From Stegostoma tigrinum (taxonomy: Eukaryota): 64,000 bases of DNA. Both the position numbers and the translations under genes were made by a program. The stretch spans positions 15,291,342-15,355,341 of the forward strand of contig NC_081391.1 of the NCBI RefSeq assembly GCF_030684315.1. The letters run 5' to 3'. Positions 26,815 through 40,135 of the stretch are shown here, one piece after another (the first letter of the stretch is position 1; every line of letters begins with the position of its first letter). Under the pieces are notes generated by a model, which searched no databases, was not told where the DNA came from, and worked only from the letters and a program-made list of their open reading frames with translations.

Positions 26815-27770
26815 TCAAGAAGCCTTTACAAAACTGAAATTAATGGGAATCAGAGGAAAATTCTCCAGAGTCATACCTAGCACAGAGGAAAGGTTCAATC
26901 ATCGCACCTACAGGTTATCACTGCAGGAGTTCCTCAAGATAGTGTCCTAGGCCCAGACATCATCATTTGCTGCATCAGTACCCTTTCTTCTATCATAAGA
27001 ATGGAGGTGTGAATTCTCATTATGATTGCTCAAGACTCAGCACTATCAGTAATTCCTCAGATATCATATTAGTCTCTCCAACAAGATCGAGACTAAACAT
27101 CATCCCTTGACATTCACCAGTTTACCATCACTGAATCCTCTAGTATTTATATTGCAGGGGTTACAACTGACCAGAAGTTGACCTGAAACAGTGTATAAAT
27201 ACTGTGGCTGTAACAGCTCGTCTGAGGTCCGGAATTCTGCAATAACTCATCTCTGACTCAAAGCCTGTCTGCAACAAACAAGTTAGAACTGTGCTGGAAA
27301 GCTCTCCATTTGCCTGGAAGAGTGCAGCTCCAATAACAATTGACAAGATCAAAAAAATCCAGAAAAAAACAGATGGGGTGTCAGTCAAGCATGCTAACAC
27401 CTTCAACTTCGCTCACTGCAACACTGATGCACAGCAGCAGCAGCGTGTACATTCTACAAGATGCACTGCAATAATTCAACCAAGGCTTTTTAGAAAGCAT
27501 TTTCCAAAACTGAAGCCTCCACTACCTAGAAAGACAAGTGCAGCCGATGCACAGACCACCATTATCTGCAAATTCCCCTCAAAAATCACAAGAATCCTGA
27601 TCCAGAACTATACCACTGTGCCTTACCATTACTGGGTCAATATCCTGGCTGTCCTTCCTACCAGGACAATGGGTGTAACAAAGTGCAGCTCACTTCCATC
27701 TTCATCAGAGTGATTAGGAATGGGAAATATATGTTGACCTAGTCGACAGCATAACACAAGTTAATATTTT
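26815..27770 (+). mobile_element. Old degenerate CR1-like LINE 3' part
   Basis: gcaggagttcctcaagatagtgtcctaggccc (GVPQxSVLGP) RT motif remnant, followed by a 3' UTR type that recurs in the window. Confidence 0.6.
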
Positions 27771-29549
27771 ACAAAAAGGAATTCAAGATGGCATAGAAAG
27801 ATTGTTGGAATGCACAAACATGGCAGAAGAAAGGTGATGCAGAGAACTGTGGAATGATGCATTTTGAATAAGGAGACAACATAAACTAAATAATAATTTT
27901 AAATTACAGCCAACAGTTTCACATACAAAAATCTATGAAAGTAAGAGCAAAAGTTGAGAAAAAATATTGCTTAAAAGGTACAGCTACTGAGCTTTTGAGA
28001 TGCAAGAAGTACAACAGCATTATGCCAAAAATTCATAAATCAGTGTTAGGTCTGCAGGCCTGAAGGTTCCAGTTCAGGTCCAAGTCCTATCTGCCTTGAA
28101 TACGTGTCAGAGTATGGGCAGACAGGTAATGAAAAAACATCTTCATCTCTCAGCTATCTGTCTTACTTTTTCATCCTTCAAGTCATGTCATGTCATACAC
28201 CATTATTAATCATGTGCTAAATTTCAAAGCCAGCAGACTACAAATCAGCTTTATCCCATCTAGGTCTGGCCGAATAAACTAAATATTCAGCATCAACAAT
28301 AATATGTCGGAGCACAAATAGGCTGATCAGGTCTGCCCTGCAAATCAATGATATCATGGCTGACTTGATACACCCATGCCCATTTATCTGCTGTTTCCCC
28401 AGAACCCTTGATCACCTCACTGAATTTTGTCTATGTCACTACCGTAACCTACCATCTGGGTCTGGTAATTAAAAAGTATTTGCCATTCTCTCTAGTTAGT
28501 CTTTTAAAGTCCTTTTCTCCTTGATAGAGTTATTAACTGGTACAGTCCTGTAACCAGTTCATTTTTCAGCCAATACAATATCCTACATTTAGGAGTAGAT
28601 TTCACTGGTATTGATATTAAGATCAGCTGTGGTTGGCCGTGCATCAATTGATTACATTTATTAAAATTAAAATGCTGATCCAAAAGTAGATAAATGAAGC
28701 AAACAGAAGCATTGTAAATCAAGAAAACAAGACAGCTGTTTGAGGTATCCAGGCTATTAGGTAATTCTGGATTTCAAAGTATTATGGGCTTATAAGAAAT
28801 TACCTTTGAGATAGGAGAAAAACAGCTCATTTTAATCATTACTGTTAATAGACAGACAGAACTATTCATAAAGCATCTTGCACAACCACAGGTCATCTCA
28901 AAGGATGTAATTTACTGCAATTCTGGAAAGCTAGCTGCATTATATTCGAGCTGCTCCCAAAACTGCTGCATTAGCAACAGTCACCTCACCTGACTGCAGC
29001 AGCTGAAAAGGAAAAAAAATCAATGGAAGGTTGAACTCCACAGAACAGGATTGTGTCTAAGCTCATTCTGCACTGACAAATAATCAAGAATGGAAACACT
29101 GCCTGTCTCAAGTGGGAAATATTCAGTTCACATTAATGTTGAATGGGAAGGAATGGGGAGGGACCTTGGCATTTCTTGAGTTCATATGAAACTGACTTCT
29201 CCCAGCAAATGTTAAGCATCCTGAGGGGCACCAAATGATTTTTGACCATAACATCGTAAGGAAAAGGAATAATGGGTGATTTTCAGCCGTTATTTGTACA
29301 AGACTAACAGTAGCTACCTTACAACCATTTTTGATTGGTTTACTCAATTTACTCCTTCCTACCTACATCAAGATTACTATTGGTAACTCAATGGACACTG
29401 GTCCAAGGAGCTGCAACGACTATTTCTGTGGGCCGTGGTACATTTAGATGACAATGGCAGTTGGCTTCCCAGATGCAAACTCCGTTTATATTGTTGAGTG
29501 TTAGTGAGTCAGTCTTTCACAAATGTAGCTAATGCAGCATTGCAATATT

Positions 29550-31980
29550 AACAATGTTACCTAACAGGTTGACAAAACGTTTGCACCCAAACCCACCAGC
29601 TCAGCAAGCATGTCTACAATCTCATCCACAACCCGAGCTACAAATCTTCGAAAAATTTAAAGGCCTATGGATGCAATTCCCTCAAACTGGCCTGCAGATG
29701 GGAAACAAATGCCAATCGGCTGAGCATGACCCACGAATGACTATACTTCCTGCAAGAAAATGCCTCAGAAAGCAGGTACACCACAAAACTTAAAATATAA
29801 ACCACCTATCAACAATCCACTGGCACAGAGGACAGCTTAACAGAACAGCCACAGAATAGTAAGAGTTATGGTCAACAATGCCCACTACCGCCTTCACAAA
29901 TACAAGCGGGAAATTGCATGCCAAAAGACTCTGTACTCCAACTCAACTGAGTAGGAACGGACATCCATACTGGAGCAAGCCATCAGCATACAACTAAAGA
30001 CCAGAATTTAAAAAATAGACTTACGAGAAAAACTGTCCAAAATCACCCTCATCAATGACACAGACAACGCAGTTTCATGGATTAAAAACATCTCAGGCTG
30101 ACCACTTACAGACAGAGAAGACCATCCTAGTATGCAGATTGAACTATAACTGCAGAAATGCCAAAAAAAACTGACTTCCTTGGTGCACTCAAATTGACAC
30201 TAAAGGGAAACGACTCCCGGAAAAAGTACAGACCATCAGACAGACAATAGTCAAAACAAAAGCAACACTGAGCAAAAAAGGTAAGTGGAATACATTCAAC
30301 ACAGGAGAGGAAAGACTTAAGAAAGACAGGAACATTGTAATCTTACCAGCGGACAAAGGACACATGACAGTAATCCTCAATAGAGCCCAACATATTGAGA
30401 AAGCTAACGCATACTAGCTGATACTGACACCTACCAACAAATGGCATTAGACCTGATACTAGATAGGGAACTGGGTTACAATGTCCCTGAAGAAATTACA
30501 CAACTCAGGAGACATCACCAAGACATACTACCAAAAAAATGAAGCCAGAGGGATCCAACACACCCTGTTTCTATGGACGCCCCAAGGTACACAAACGGGG
30601 GAAGGTGATCCCCCTCAGATCCACATCTCACTACCAGGCACACTAACATATAGACTTGCCAAAGAACTACGAAACAGAAATTGAAATACTTGTTGACAAC
30701 TTAGATGATGAGATGATGATATCCTTCAATGTAACAGTGCCATTTATGTCCATAAACATCAAACCTAGCCAAAGAGACGATTGCCACACGACTGGACGAA
30801 TCAAGTAGGCAGGCATCCCAGGACACCAACATCAGTAAGGAGACCACCATGAAACTACTAGATCTGTGGCTCAGAACCCACTTCACCTTCAATGGCTACA
30901 TATACAATCAAATCAACGGAACACCAATGGGATCCCCAATATCAGGACTGATGGCAGAAGCAGTAATGCAAAGGTTAGAATGGACAGTGCTCCCCACCAC
31001 ACAAGCCAAACTTTGGGCCTAATATGTAGATGGCACCTTCATGATTATCTAACACACAAAACTAGATGGAAACCAATGACACTTAAACAATACCCTCACC
31101 AGGATAAAATTCACTAAAGAGAACCACCACCAACTATCCTTCAGGAACATAATGGTAGAACACAAAAATGAGTACTCCAGACTAGCGTATATAGAAAGAC
31201 CACACATACAAGCCAGATACTCAATTACCCTAGCAACCATCCCAATGCCCACAAATGCAGCAGCATCAGGACATTATTTAAAAGAGCCACAACATATTAC
31301 AGCAACCCGGAAGAATGTATAGCCGAACAGGATCACCTATACGGAGTCTTCAAAAGGAACAGAAACCCGAAAAGTACTCACCAATCACCCTACCGTACAT
31401 CAAGGACATTTCAGTAATGACCGCAAGACTACTCAGACCCCTAGGTATCAGAGTGGCTCACAAACCAACCACCACCCTACAACAGCGACTGAAGAACATA
31501 AAGGATCCCATACCCAAAGCCAGCAAAGTCAGTATACTATACAAAATACCAAGCAAGGACTGAGAAACACTAGTAGGCCAATCCAGAAGAAAACTGACAA
31601 TACGGATACACAAACACCAAATAGACAAGTGGCACAACCATTTCTCACTTGTCTCCCAACATACTGACGAGGGACATAAATTTGACTGGGGCAACACATT
31701 CATAGTCACACAAGCCAAACAGAGGCACACCAGGGAATTTCTGGAGGCCTGGTATTCTAACTAGAATTCCATCAAACACATTGAATCAGACCTTGTGTAC
31801 AAACCACCAAGAAACAGAACCAGAAGTGGTACCAAATACCCCAAACTGAGGCATTTAAATAACAAGCAGGACAGAACACCGACACTTCACCGGGGACACA
31901 CTGACGATGTTACCGAGTCGGGTAATGAAATGTTTGCAACCAAACCCATTAGCTCAAAAGCATGTCTACAACCACGAAAA
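29550..31980 (+). mobile_element. Near full-length degenerate Penelope-like retrotransposon (RT plus GIY-YIG, pLTR pieces at both ends)
   Basis: ILPADKG; YNQINGTPMGSPISGLMAEAVMQRLE; degenerate YVDD; ITLPYIKDIS..TARLLRPLGIRVAHKP; LYKIP; REFLEAW. Similar pLTR sequence at ~29555-29655 and ~31900-31980, with an HHR-like core at 31898-31937. Confidence 0.9.
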
Positions 31981-34900
31981 TGTTTGCCCACCAAGTTTTC
32001 TCTGCCAAGAGAAGCTATCACCTGTTCTAATCACACATCAGTTGATGCAAAATCTACCAAAACAAAGAAAGTATGGTGAAGCCAAAAGTCAAACCATCTT
32101 GCAGCAGCAGCTCTATCTACTTTATCAGCCAGGAAAGCAAGTGCTGAACTGGCTTGTAACATTTCTAGGTTTCCCATTATCTTTATGAACTTGTCAGCTG
32201 AGTTGATGGATGCAAATACCTAGTTTCCATTTGAGCTTGTCCAAAGCTGGCATTCTGCACCAAAGAAAAATCAGACTAGTGTCACCAGTTATAAACTGCA
32301 CATAAAAGTATTGATTGAGGACACAATCTAAACTTGTAAGGACAAAATAAAACTGCTTGGTAAATGGCTCATAGTACTGTGAAAGTGCCCTATCTCTGAG
32401 ACAGGAAGCCCAGGTTCGGGTCCCACCTGTGCCAGAGGTGCGCATCAATATTTCTGAATAGGATGATTGGAAAATATCTAATATTATTTGATGCCTTTCA
32501 TATTCAAGCAGACAATTCATAAAAATTACACATCCACCATCATTAAAAACCTCATGATAACACTGATTTTCTCAAACTGTTGCTTTCTCAAAGGGGACAG
32601 ATATATACAAAATAATTTCAACACAAATATTCAAAGCACGTCAACTAATAAGCTCAAGTCTCCCCTCGCACTTCTTCATCTTACCCCATCAACATATCTT
32701 TCGGTACCTTTCTCCCTCTTGTAGTGCCTGGCTTCTTGAAATGAACTGACACTATTCACTTGCTTATGGCAGCAAGTTCCATGCTACTTTTGAATATCTA
32801 CAAATTCATGAAACCAATCTGTAGGCTTTCTGGTTCTCTTCCACACGAGGCATTTATCTACCTGTTACTCCAAATCCATAATCTCCACCTCCCTCATTGA
32901 TGGCACAGCCTCCTATCCCTCAGTTTGTGACACGTCTCCCCAGTCACCCCTCTCTCAGTCTGTGACTCATATCCTCTGTCACTCCTCTGTGACCCAATGC
33001 TTAACTCTCCTCAGTGACATACAACCCCCACAACTTCTCTCAGTCTATGGCCCAGCCCTTTCCTCACAGCTTTGCCCATGACCTGTCCTCAGTTGTAACT
33101 CAGTTCTTTACCTTGTCAAGCTCTCAATGAGCAAATAATAACTATAGCATTTCTTCAGGATCCTGATCATATGTTGCTCTATCAATCCATTAAACAAGTC
33201 AGAGGGCTCTCCCTCCAAATTGATTACCCAACTCCTCTTGATCCCTTGTTGAAAATCATCCTCACTTGTGACTAATATTCTCCACGGCCCCCCTCTCTCT
33301 ATTCATTACCTATTTCCAAGATGATGTATTGATTCCTGGCTCCTTCCTGAGGATTTTATCAACCACCCTACAAAACCTTCCCTTGGACCATGGAAAGGAT
33401 TCACGTAACCCTTTGTCACCACCACATTCCCCTTCTTTAGGATTTGAACACTCACACTATGATTAATCATTAACCCCATATCACTCAGAAAGGTACACTC
33501 ACTGTGACTTAGTAACACTCAGCAACCTTGCTACTTTGCCTGTACACTTCCCATCCTCAGTGCATGACTTACTCAAAGCATTTTCCTCAATCCCCTCCTC
33601 TGACTAAGGTACTTCCTTTTGAAGTCCCTCTTTTCTCTCTGGCCCTGCCTCTCTGGCCCAAAATATCACCAAGGTTCATTTCTTCACTGAGAATTTTCAC
33701 CCTTCCTGAGCCTAACCCTTGTGTCACTCATGGAGACCCTTTCAATGGCTTCTTCTCCTCCTCACAAACAGACAACAGCCTATGACCTCATCACCAATTG
33801 GGCCTCCCTATCACTGAAGCCCCACGCATCAATGTAGCCCCCTATCCTAACTCTTAAGCAGATTGGCCCAGATTCTCATGCAGATCATTCCCTCCTTGTA
33901 GTACCTTCACACAAAGATCCATTAACTTCACTGATGCATCAGACCTGAGTTTCTCCACTCAGAGAGCCTTGCCTTTCATGGAGGCATCTCCCATCTCTTA
34001 TCCACAACAAAAAGACCCAAGCTGTTGTTAGAAAGGTGCACTCAACTATGGTCCCTCATCTTTCTCTACCTGGCTCTACAACTCAGGCTCCTCCAAGCAC
34101 TAAGGCATATTTCTCTCTGTGGTCCCTCCCATTCACTTCCTCTGTAACTTCTCCCTCTTCTGGACAGCTGTCTTCCACCTCTCTTTGACCTATAGAGTTG
34201 TACAGCATGAAAACAGAACTCCTCCAGACTCCCCACCCACTTTACTTCCTTTGTTCTTCATCCACTTTTGCACATTCCTCACTTCTCACTCCTCTACCTG
34301 CTCCCTCCTCTTGCTCTTTTCCTGAATCTACACATCAACTCCTCAAACTCTTCCCAGCTCATTTTACCACCTACAGCCTCCCAAGTGCAGCCCCTCTTCT
34401 CATTCACTGGCCTCACCCCACTCACTAACCCCCACCTGCTCTTCTCTGACTCCTTGTCCATTCTTTGGCCCTTCTGCCATATCCTGCATTCTCCTCTTCT
34501 TCCCTTCCCACTTCTGCGCAGCCTACAGAGAAACTATTTGTCTTTAAAACTGTGGACCACAAGAAAATAGAACATTTAAATAAAAAGGCATTTACCAGAA
34601 TGGCTGCACAATTTCACAGCAACAGATTTGATACCTACTGTGCACTGTTTTTGTGGCTATGCGTTCGTGCAATATACACACGATCAAGAGCTGAGAAGCA
34701 AATTAAGCCAATTGGTTCTCAGCTAACTGAACAGGTTGAAATGGAGAACAAGTTAGAGACACAGACTGCAAGACATTCAAGACTGCATTTGTTCTGCCTG
34801 TTCTCTGTACTAAAACTCAGTTAGTCATAAGAAAACCAGTTACTTTTCCCGCAGCAGGTGCTGGACAGTTGTGACCTTTCAATTGATAACTCGGACATTT

Positions 34901-35169
34901 TTCAAGTGAATCAGTCATACTCTACTACTTACAAACTAGATTGAAGATTCCAGAGAAAGACAAGTAAAGACCTGGCATGCCAAGGAATGATAATCTCAGC
35001 AGTGGAATTATGAAGATCTGGACACTGAACTGACTTTCCAGTTTTTTTTATCTCCATCAAAAATTTATTTTCAGTATTTGTTTGTGGTTGTGTAATCAAG
35101 GGGGAAGAGTTTAACGGGGATGGGAGTTTTAGTCAGCGTTATATGCTAATAGCTTTACAATTCTTGAAT

Positions 35170-38095
35170 CACTAAGACTTCCTCTGGGGCAGGGGTGATC
35201 TGTACAAAAGGGACAGGTTGCACCTAAACTGAAAGGGAATCAATATCCTCACTGGGAAGTTCACTAGTCCTGCTCAGGAAGGTTTAAAATAGAGTGGCAG
35301 GGGTCTGAGGACCAGAGCAGCAGGTCAGCAAGAGTGGGGATTGAGGGAAAGGTACATAATAGGATCAGTAAATCATTAAAAAAAAGGACAGGCAGAGACA
35401 GTACATGAACACGATGATACTAATGGGCTTAAGTGTACTTACTCCAATGCAAGGAATATTATAGGTAAAGCAGATTATCTTCGTCCCATGTACTGATCCA
35501 GGCTCTATGATGTTGCAGCCATTAAAGAGACTTGATGGGAGAACAGGACTGGCTGCTCAACGTTTCAGGGTTTTGTTGATTTAGGCAAGGTGGAGAGGTA
35601 GATAAGAGAGGCGGAGGAGTTGCATTACTAATTAGGGAGAATCTGCACTCACAGAAGACACACTGGAGGACTCACCCACTGAGGCAATAGGGGTAGAGCT
35701 CAAAAACAAGATGGGTGCAATCACTCTGATGGGATTATACTATAGGACCCCCAACTGCCACCAAGACATTGAGGAACAAATATGTAGGCAGAATATGTAA
35801 AAGTGCAATAAAAACAGAGTTGTCATTGTGGGTGACTTTAATTTCCCCAATACTGACTGGGGCTCCCTTACAGCAAGAGGCTTAGACCAACAATTTGTTA
35901 AGTTCATCCAAGAAGGTTTTTTGAAACAGTATGTGGATAATCTGACTGAAGGAAGGGCCATACTGGACCTCATACAGGCTAATCAGCCTGGCCAGGTGAC
36001 TGACCTTTCAATGGGACAGCATTTTGAAACAGTGATCACACTTCTAAGTTTTAAGACCGCTATAAATAAGGTAAGTCAGGGCCTTGTGACAAGGTACATT
36101 TGAATTAGGTAGGAGCTAGGGAGTGTTAATCAGGAGGGGCTGTCATTAGGCAAGTCCACATTTGACATGTGGGAATTGTTTAAAGACCTGCTGATCAGAG
36201 TTCAGGGCCAGCATGTTCCAGTAAGGAAGAAAGACAAGGATGGCAAGGTATGGCACCCATGGATAATGAGGGAGACTTGAAATTTAGTCAAAATGAAAAA
36301 AAAAGCAGCATAAGATAGATTTAGGAAGCTATAATCAGATAGCACAGGACAAAGGTTAAAGGGAATCCCAAGGCATTCTATTCATACATGAAAAACGAGG
36401 ATAACCAGGGAAAAGGTAGGCCTACTTAAGGATAAAGCAAGGAACTTGTGTTTGGAGGCAGAGTATTGAGTGAGATCCAAAATGAGTACTTAGCATCAGT
36501 ATTCACCCAGGAGAAAGGTATGGAGGATAGTGAAATTTGTTTGGAGCATGCCAATATGCCACACCATTTTAAGATCAAGACAGAGGTGGTATTGAATCTC
36601 TTGAAGAGCATTAATGTGGATAAGTCCCCAGGGCCCAATGATCTGTACCCCAGGCTTTAAGAGAGGAGAATACTGGGGGCGTGACCAAGATCTTTGTAAC
36701 CTCATTAGCCACTGGAGGGGTCCTGGAGCACTGATGAGCATCTGATGTTGATACTCTGTTCAAGAAGGGAAATAGGGATAATCCAGAAAACTATAGAACA
36801 GTGAGTCTCCTATTGATGGTTGGAAAGCTATTGGTGTGAAGTTTTAGGGGTAGGATTTACATGCATTTGGAAAAACATAGGCTAATTAGGGACTGTCAGC
36901 ATAGCTTTGTGCAGGGCAGGTCATGTCTTACTATCTTCATGGAATTTTTTGAGGTGACAAAGGTGATCAATTGAGGGTACAGCAGTGGACATTGTCTGCG
37001 GATTTTAGTACAGTTTTCAACTTGGTCCCTCATAGCAGGCTCATCCAGAAGATTAGAATGCATGGGATCCACAGTGACTTGGCTGCATGGATTCAGAATC
37101 AGCTTGGCCATAGAAGATAGCCAGTTAGTGGGAGAATGTTTTTGAGGGTGAAGGTCCACGACTAGTGGTGTTCCACAAAGATCCATACTGGGACCTCTGC
37201 TGTTTAGTGATATAAATAACAGACTCAGATGAAAATGTGGATGGGTGAGTTAGTAAGTTTGCAGACAATACAAAGATCAGTGGACGTGTGGACAGTGTAG
37301 AAGGTTGTCAAGGATACAGCAGGATGTAAATCATTAGAGAAATAGCTGATGGAGAGAGGCGCTGAGCTTTGGGAGATTAAATGTTAAGGAAAAGTATAGA
37401 GTTAACGGATGAACCCTGAACAGCATTGTTGTGCAGAGGAACCTTGGGGTTCAAGTCCATAGCTTCCAGAATGTGGCCACATATGTAGAGAAGGCATATA
37501 GCATGCTTGTTTTTATTGGTCTGGGAATTGAGTACAGGAATCAGGATGTCATGTTGTAGCTCTATAAGACTTTTGGTTAGGCTATGCCAAGTACCGCATT
37601 CAATGTTGGTTACCTCATTACAAGGAGGATGTGGTGGCTTTGGACAGGGTGCAGAAGAGGTTTACCAGGATGTTGCCTGGATTAGATAGTATTAACCATA
37701 AAGAGGCACTAGAAAATCTCTCTGGAGTGGTGGAGGCTGAGGGGACACTTGATAGAAACCTATAAAATTAGTAGATGAATAGTAAGGGTTGACAGTCGGA
37801 ATCTTTTTCTCATAGCTGAAATGTCTAACACAGGGTGGGGTGTTCAAAATACTCCTGAGAGGAAGGGTTTTTTTTAAAAAAAACACAGTGGTGGGAGTCT
37901 GAATGCACTGCCAAGGGTGGAGGTGCAGGCAGATAAGATAAGGGCATTTGAGACTTTTAGATAAGCACATGAATATGCAAAGAATGGAGATATGGACCAA
38001 GGACAGGCAGAAGGGATTAGTTTAACTTGGCATCACGTTGGCACATCATCATGGGCCAAAGGGCCTGTTCATTTGCTATACAGTTCTATGTTTAG
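35170..38095 (+). mobile_element. Degenerate CR1 LINE including the end of the ORF1 esterase and most of ORF2
   Basis: WGRGDLYKRDRLHLN (SGNH esterase block V-like), LKCTYSNARNI, GDFNFPNTDW, DKSPGPNDLYPRL, SKFAD and a CR1 3' tail. Confidence 0.9.
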
Positions 38096-38439
38096 CTATA
38101 TCTATAGTCTAATTACCTAGAAATAATTCCTATATAGGTTTGTACACAGAATGAACTTTGAAGAATTGGTAGATTCCAAGAGACATTTGGATAGAAATGA
38201 ATAGAAAAGATTTAGTCTGATACGGGCCAAATGCAAGAAAGAGAGATTTGTTTAGATTGGGAAAACTTGATTGGCATAGACAAATTGAATCGAAGGGTCT
38301 ACTTCCAATCTGTATGACTAATACAAAACTTTGGTCTGTACTTTCTCTCAACCTTGGTCCAAGAGTCAGCTAAATTGGACTGCAACACTTACCCTAAAAA
38401 CTTTAACATCTGATACAACACCAGGAGTAACAAGCCTCA

Positions 38440-39320
38440 ATATGCAGCCCCCTGCTCACTCCTAGCCCCTCCCCATCACTGTTGCTCCAACACCAGATCC
38501 CTTCTCATTCCTGCCCCTCATCCTCACCATATTCAATTCACCGAGGATTAGACCCCTCTACCCATGACAATGGTCTGTCATACCACAGCACCACCTTCAC
38601 ACCCAATCCTTCCTGAAATCTTCTCCAAAACTACAGCCCTCTCCTCCTCCAGGTTCTCCAAGTCTACCACCCCCACCTCACTCCTGCATCTCCCAAGACT
38701 GCAGTCCACTCTTCACTCATGTCCCACTATTGCCATAACTTCTAAAACAACAGTCTTTGCCTCATTCCTGCCCCACCCCTCAGCATCCCCTCTTCTGACT
38801 CCTGCCTCTCCCCCTGACTGCAGCCCCATCCTCATTCCTGCTACCCCCTCCAGTTTACAGTCACCTCCTTTGTCCCATCTCTCATCCTCACCATGGCCCT
38901 CTACCCAAACTGCATCCCCCTTCATCATTCCTGCCTCTCTCAGACACCCCTCTGCAAACCACAGCCCCTTCCTCACTCCTGCTCCCTTTCCCTCACCATA
39001 CGCCTCCCATTCCAGACTGCAGTCTCTTCCTGACTAACTGCCCACCTCACCTTGCTCCCTCCCCAGACACCAGCCCATTTGAACTCCTGACATCTGACTG
39101 GAACCTCTTTACCCAGACCCTGCCCGCCCTCCCTCCCTCTCCCCAGACTGCAACCCCTGCCTCTCGCACTCAATGACCCCTCTTCATTCCGCCCAGACAA
39201 GCAGACCCTCCCTTTACCGTACACCAGACAGTAAACCCCTCCTCTGGTGCACCCAATCTCGGCCCAAACCCGCCTCAATGGTTCCTCCTCTTCACTGTTA
39301 ACCTTTCCTCTCCATCTCAC
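38440..39320. repeat. C/T-rich low-complexity tract (G-rich on the minus strand)
   Basis: Repeated cctcattcctgcc and cccagactgca motifs. The ORFs here are P/S-rich artefacts. Confidence 0.7.
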
Positions 39321-39325
39321 GTTAC

Positions 39326-39400
39326 CTTGACGTTTCGGGCCGGGTATGAACGCTCCAGTTTTCCAGCCGCCGCTCGCGCTCGCGCCAAACCGTCAGCTGA
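39326..39400 (-). other. Probable non-coding first exon of an unidentified minus-strand gene
   Basis: Donor TCAAG|GTAACG with the exon ending at 39326, at the edge of the CpG-rich promoter. The upstream boundary is approximate. Confidence 0.5.
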
Positions 39401-39660
39401 CCGCACCTGACGTCATCGGGCCGGCCCGTGACGGTGACGCGTCAGGTGGAACCACGTGATTCGGCGGCAACCGGTCTTTCGACGTTAAGCGGAGGTCGCC
39501 TTGAGGTTGAATGTCGTTGCGGTGGACGAGAGGGTTCGAGCGACCCAGGTGATCATTTCAGACGAGAGAGGAAGTGTCCCTTTTAGGGGGGGGGGCGAGG
39601 TCACTGAGACACGGGGAAAGATGTGTTCCCGGGGGGGTGCGCGGCATCACTGAGACACAG
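39330..39660. promoter_or_regulatory. CpG-island-like promoter
   Basis: The only CpG-dense non-repeat stretch in the window. E2F TTTGGCGCG (minus, 39381-39389), full CRE TGACGTCA (39408-39415), TGACGCGTCA palindrome (39435-39444), E-box CACGTG (39453-39458), ETS-like GGAAGTG (~39570). Confidence 0.8.
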
Positions 39661-39972
39661 GGGTGGGGAGAGTGATGTCCCCTGGTGATCACTCAGACGC
39701 AGGAGAAGAGCTGTCCCTTGGGGATCACTGAGACCTGGAAGAAGGGAAGAACTGTCCTAAAGATAACTGAGATGGGGGCAGAGTGACCCAGAGGATCACT
39801 GCGATACTCTCGGGGGGAGTGACCCAGGGGCTCACTGAGACACAGGGACCGGGGAGAGAGTGACCCAGGGAATCACTGAGACACAGAAGCAGGGCGAGTG
39901 AATGACCCAGAAGATCACTGAGACACAGGGGTAGGGGAGAGAGTTACCCAGGTGGCAGGGGTTTACTGAGAT
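39600..39972 (+). repeat. Degenerate minisatellite with a core of (ga)tcactgagacacagggg
   Basis: About 10 imperfect units of roughly 30-50 bp. Confidence 0.8.
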
Positions 39973-40135
39973 CCAATTGCATGGGAGTGTTGCAGAAACA
40001 TTAGGATGTCATAGGCCAGAGGGAGAAGGTGGCAGATTTCCAGATGAATACCCGTAGTGGAATACATATGTAGCAAAAACAACACTGGGATCAACACAGC
40101 ATGGGCAAAACTCCCACCCATCCAATTTTGTTTCA

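Noticed and set aside
38564-39320. Pro/Ser-rich and Gly-rich ORFs
   Set aside because: They arise from the C/T-rich low-complexity tract.
39480-39548. Plus-strand first exon ending at CCAG|GTGATC
   Set aside because: Weak donor and no downstream plus-strand exons found; kept only as a possibility in the promoter finding.
39600-39972. CRISPR-like repeat/spacer appearance
   Set aside because: Eukaryotic context, degenerate units, spacers similar to each other and no cas genes; it is a minisatellite.
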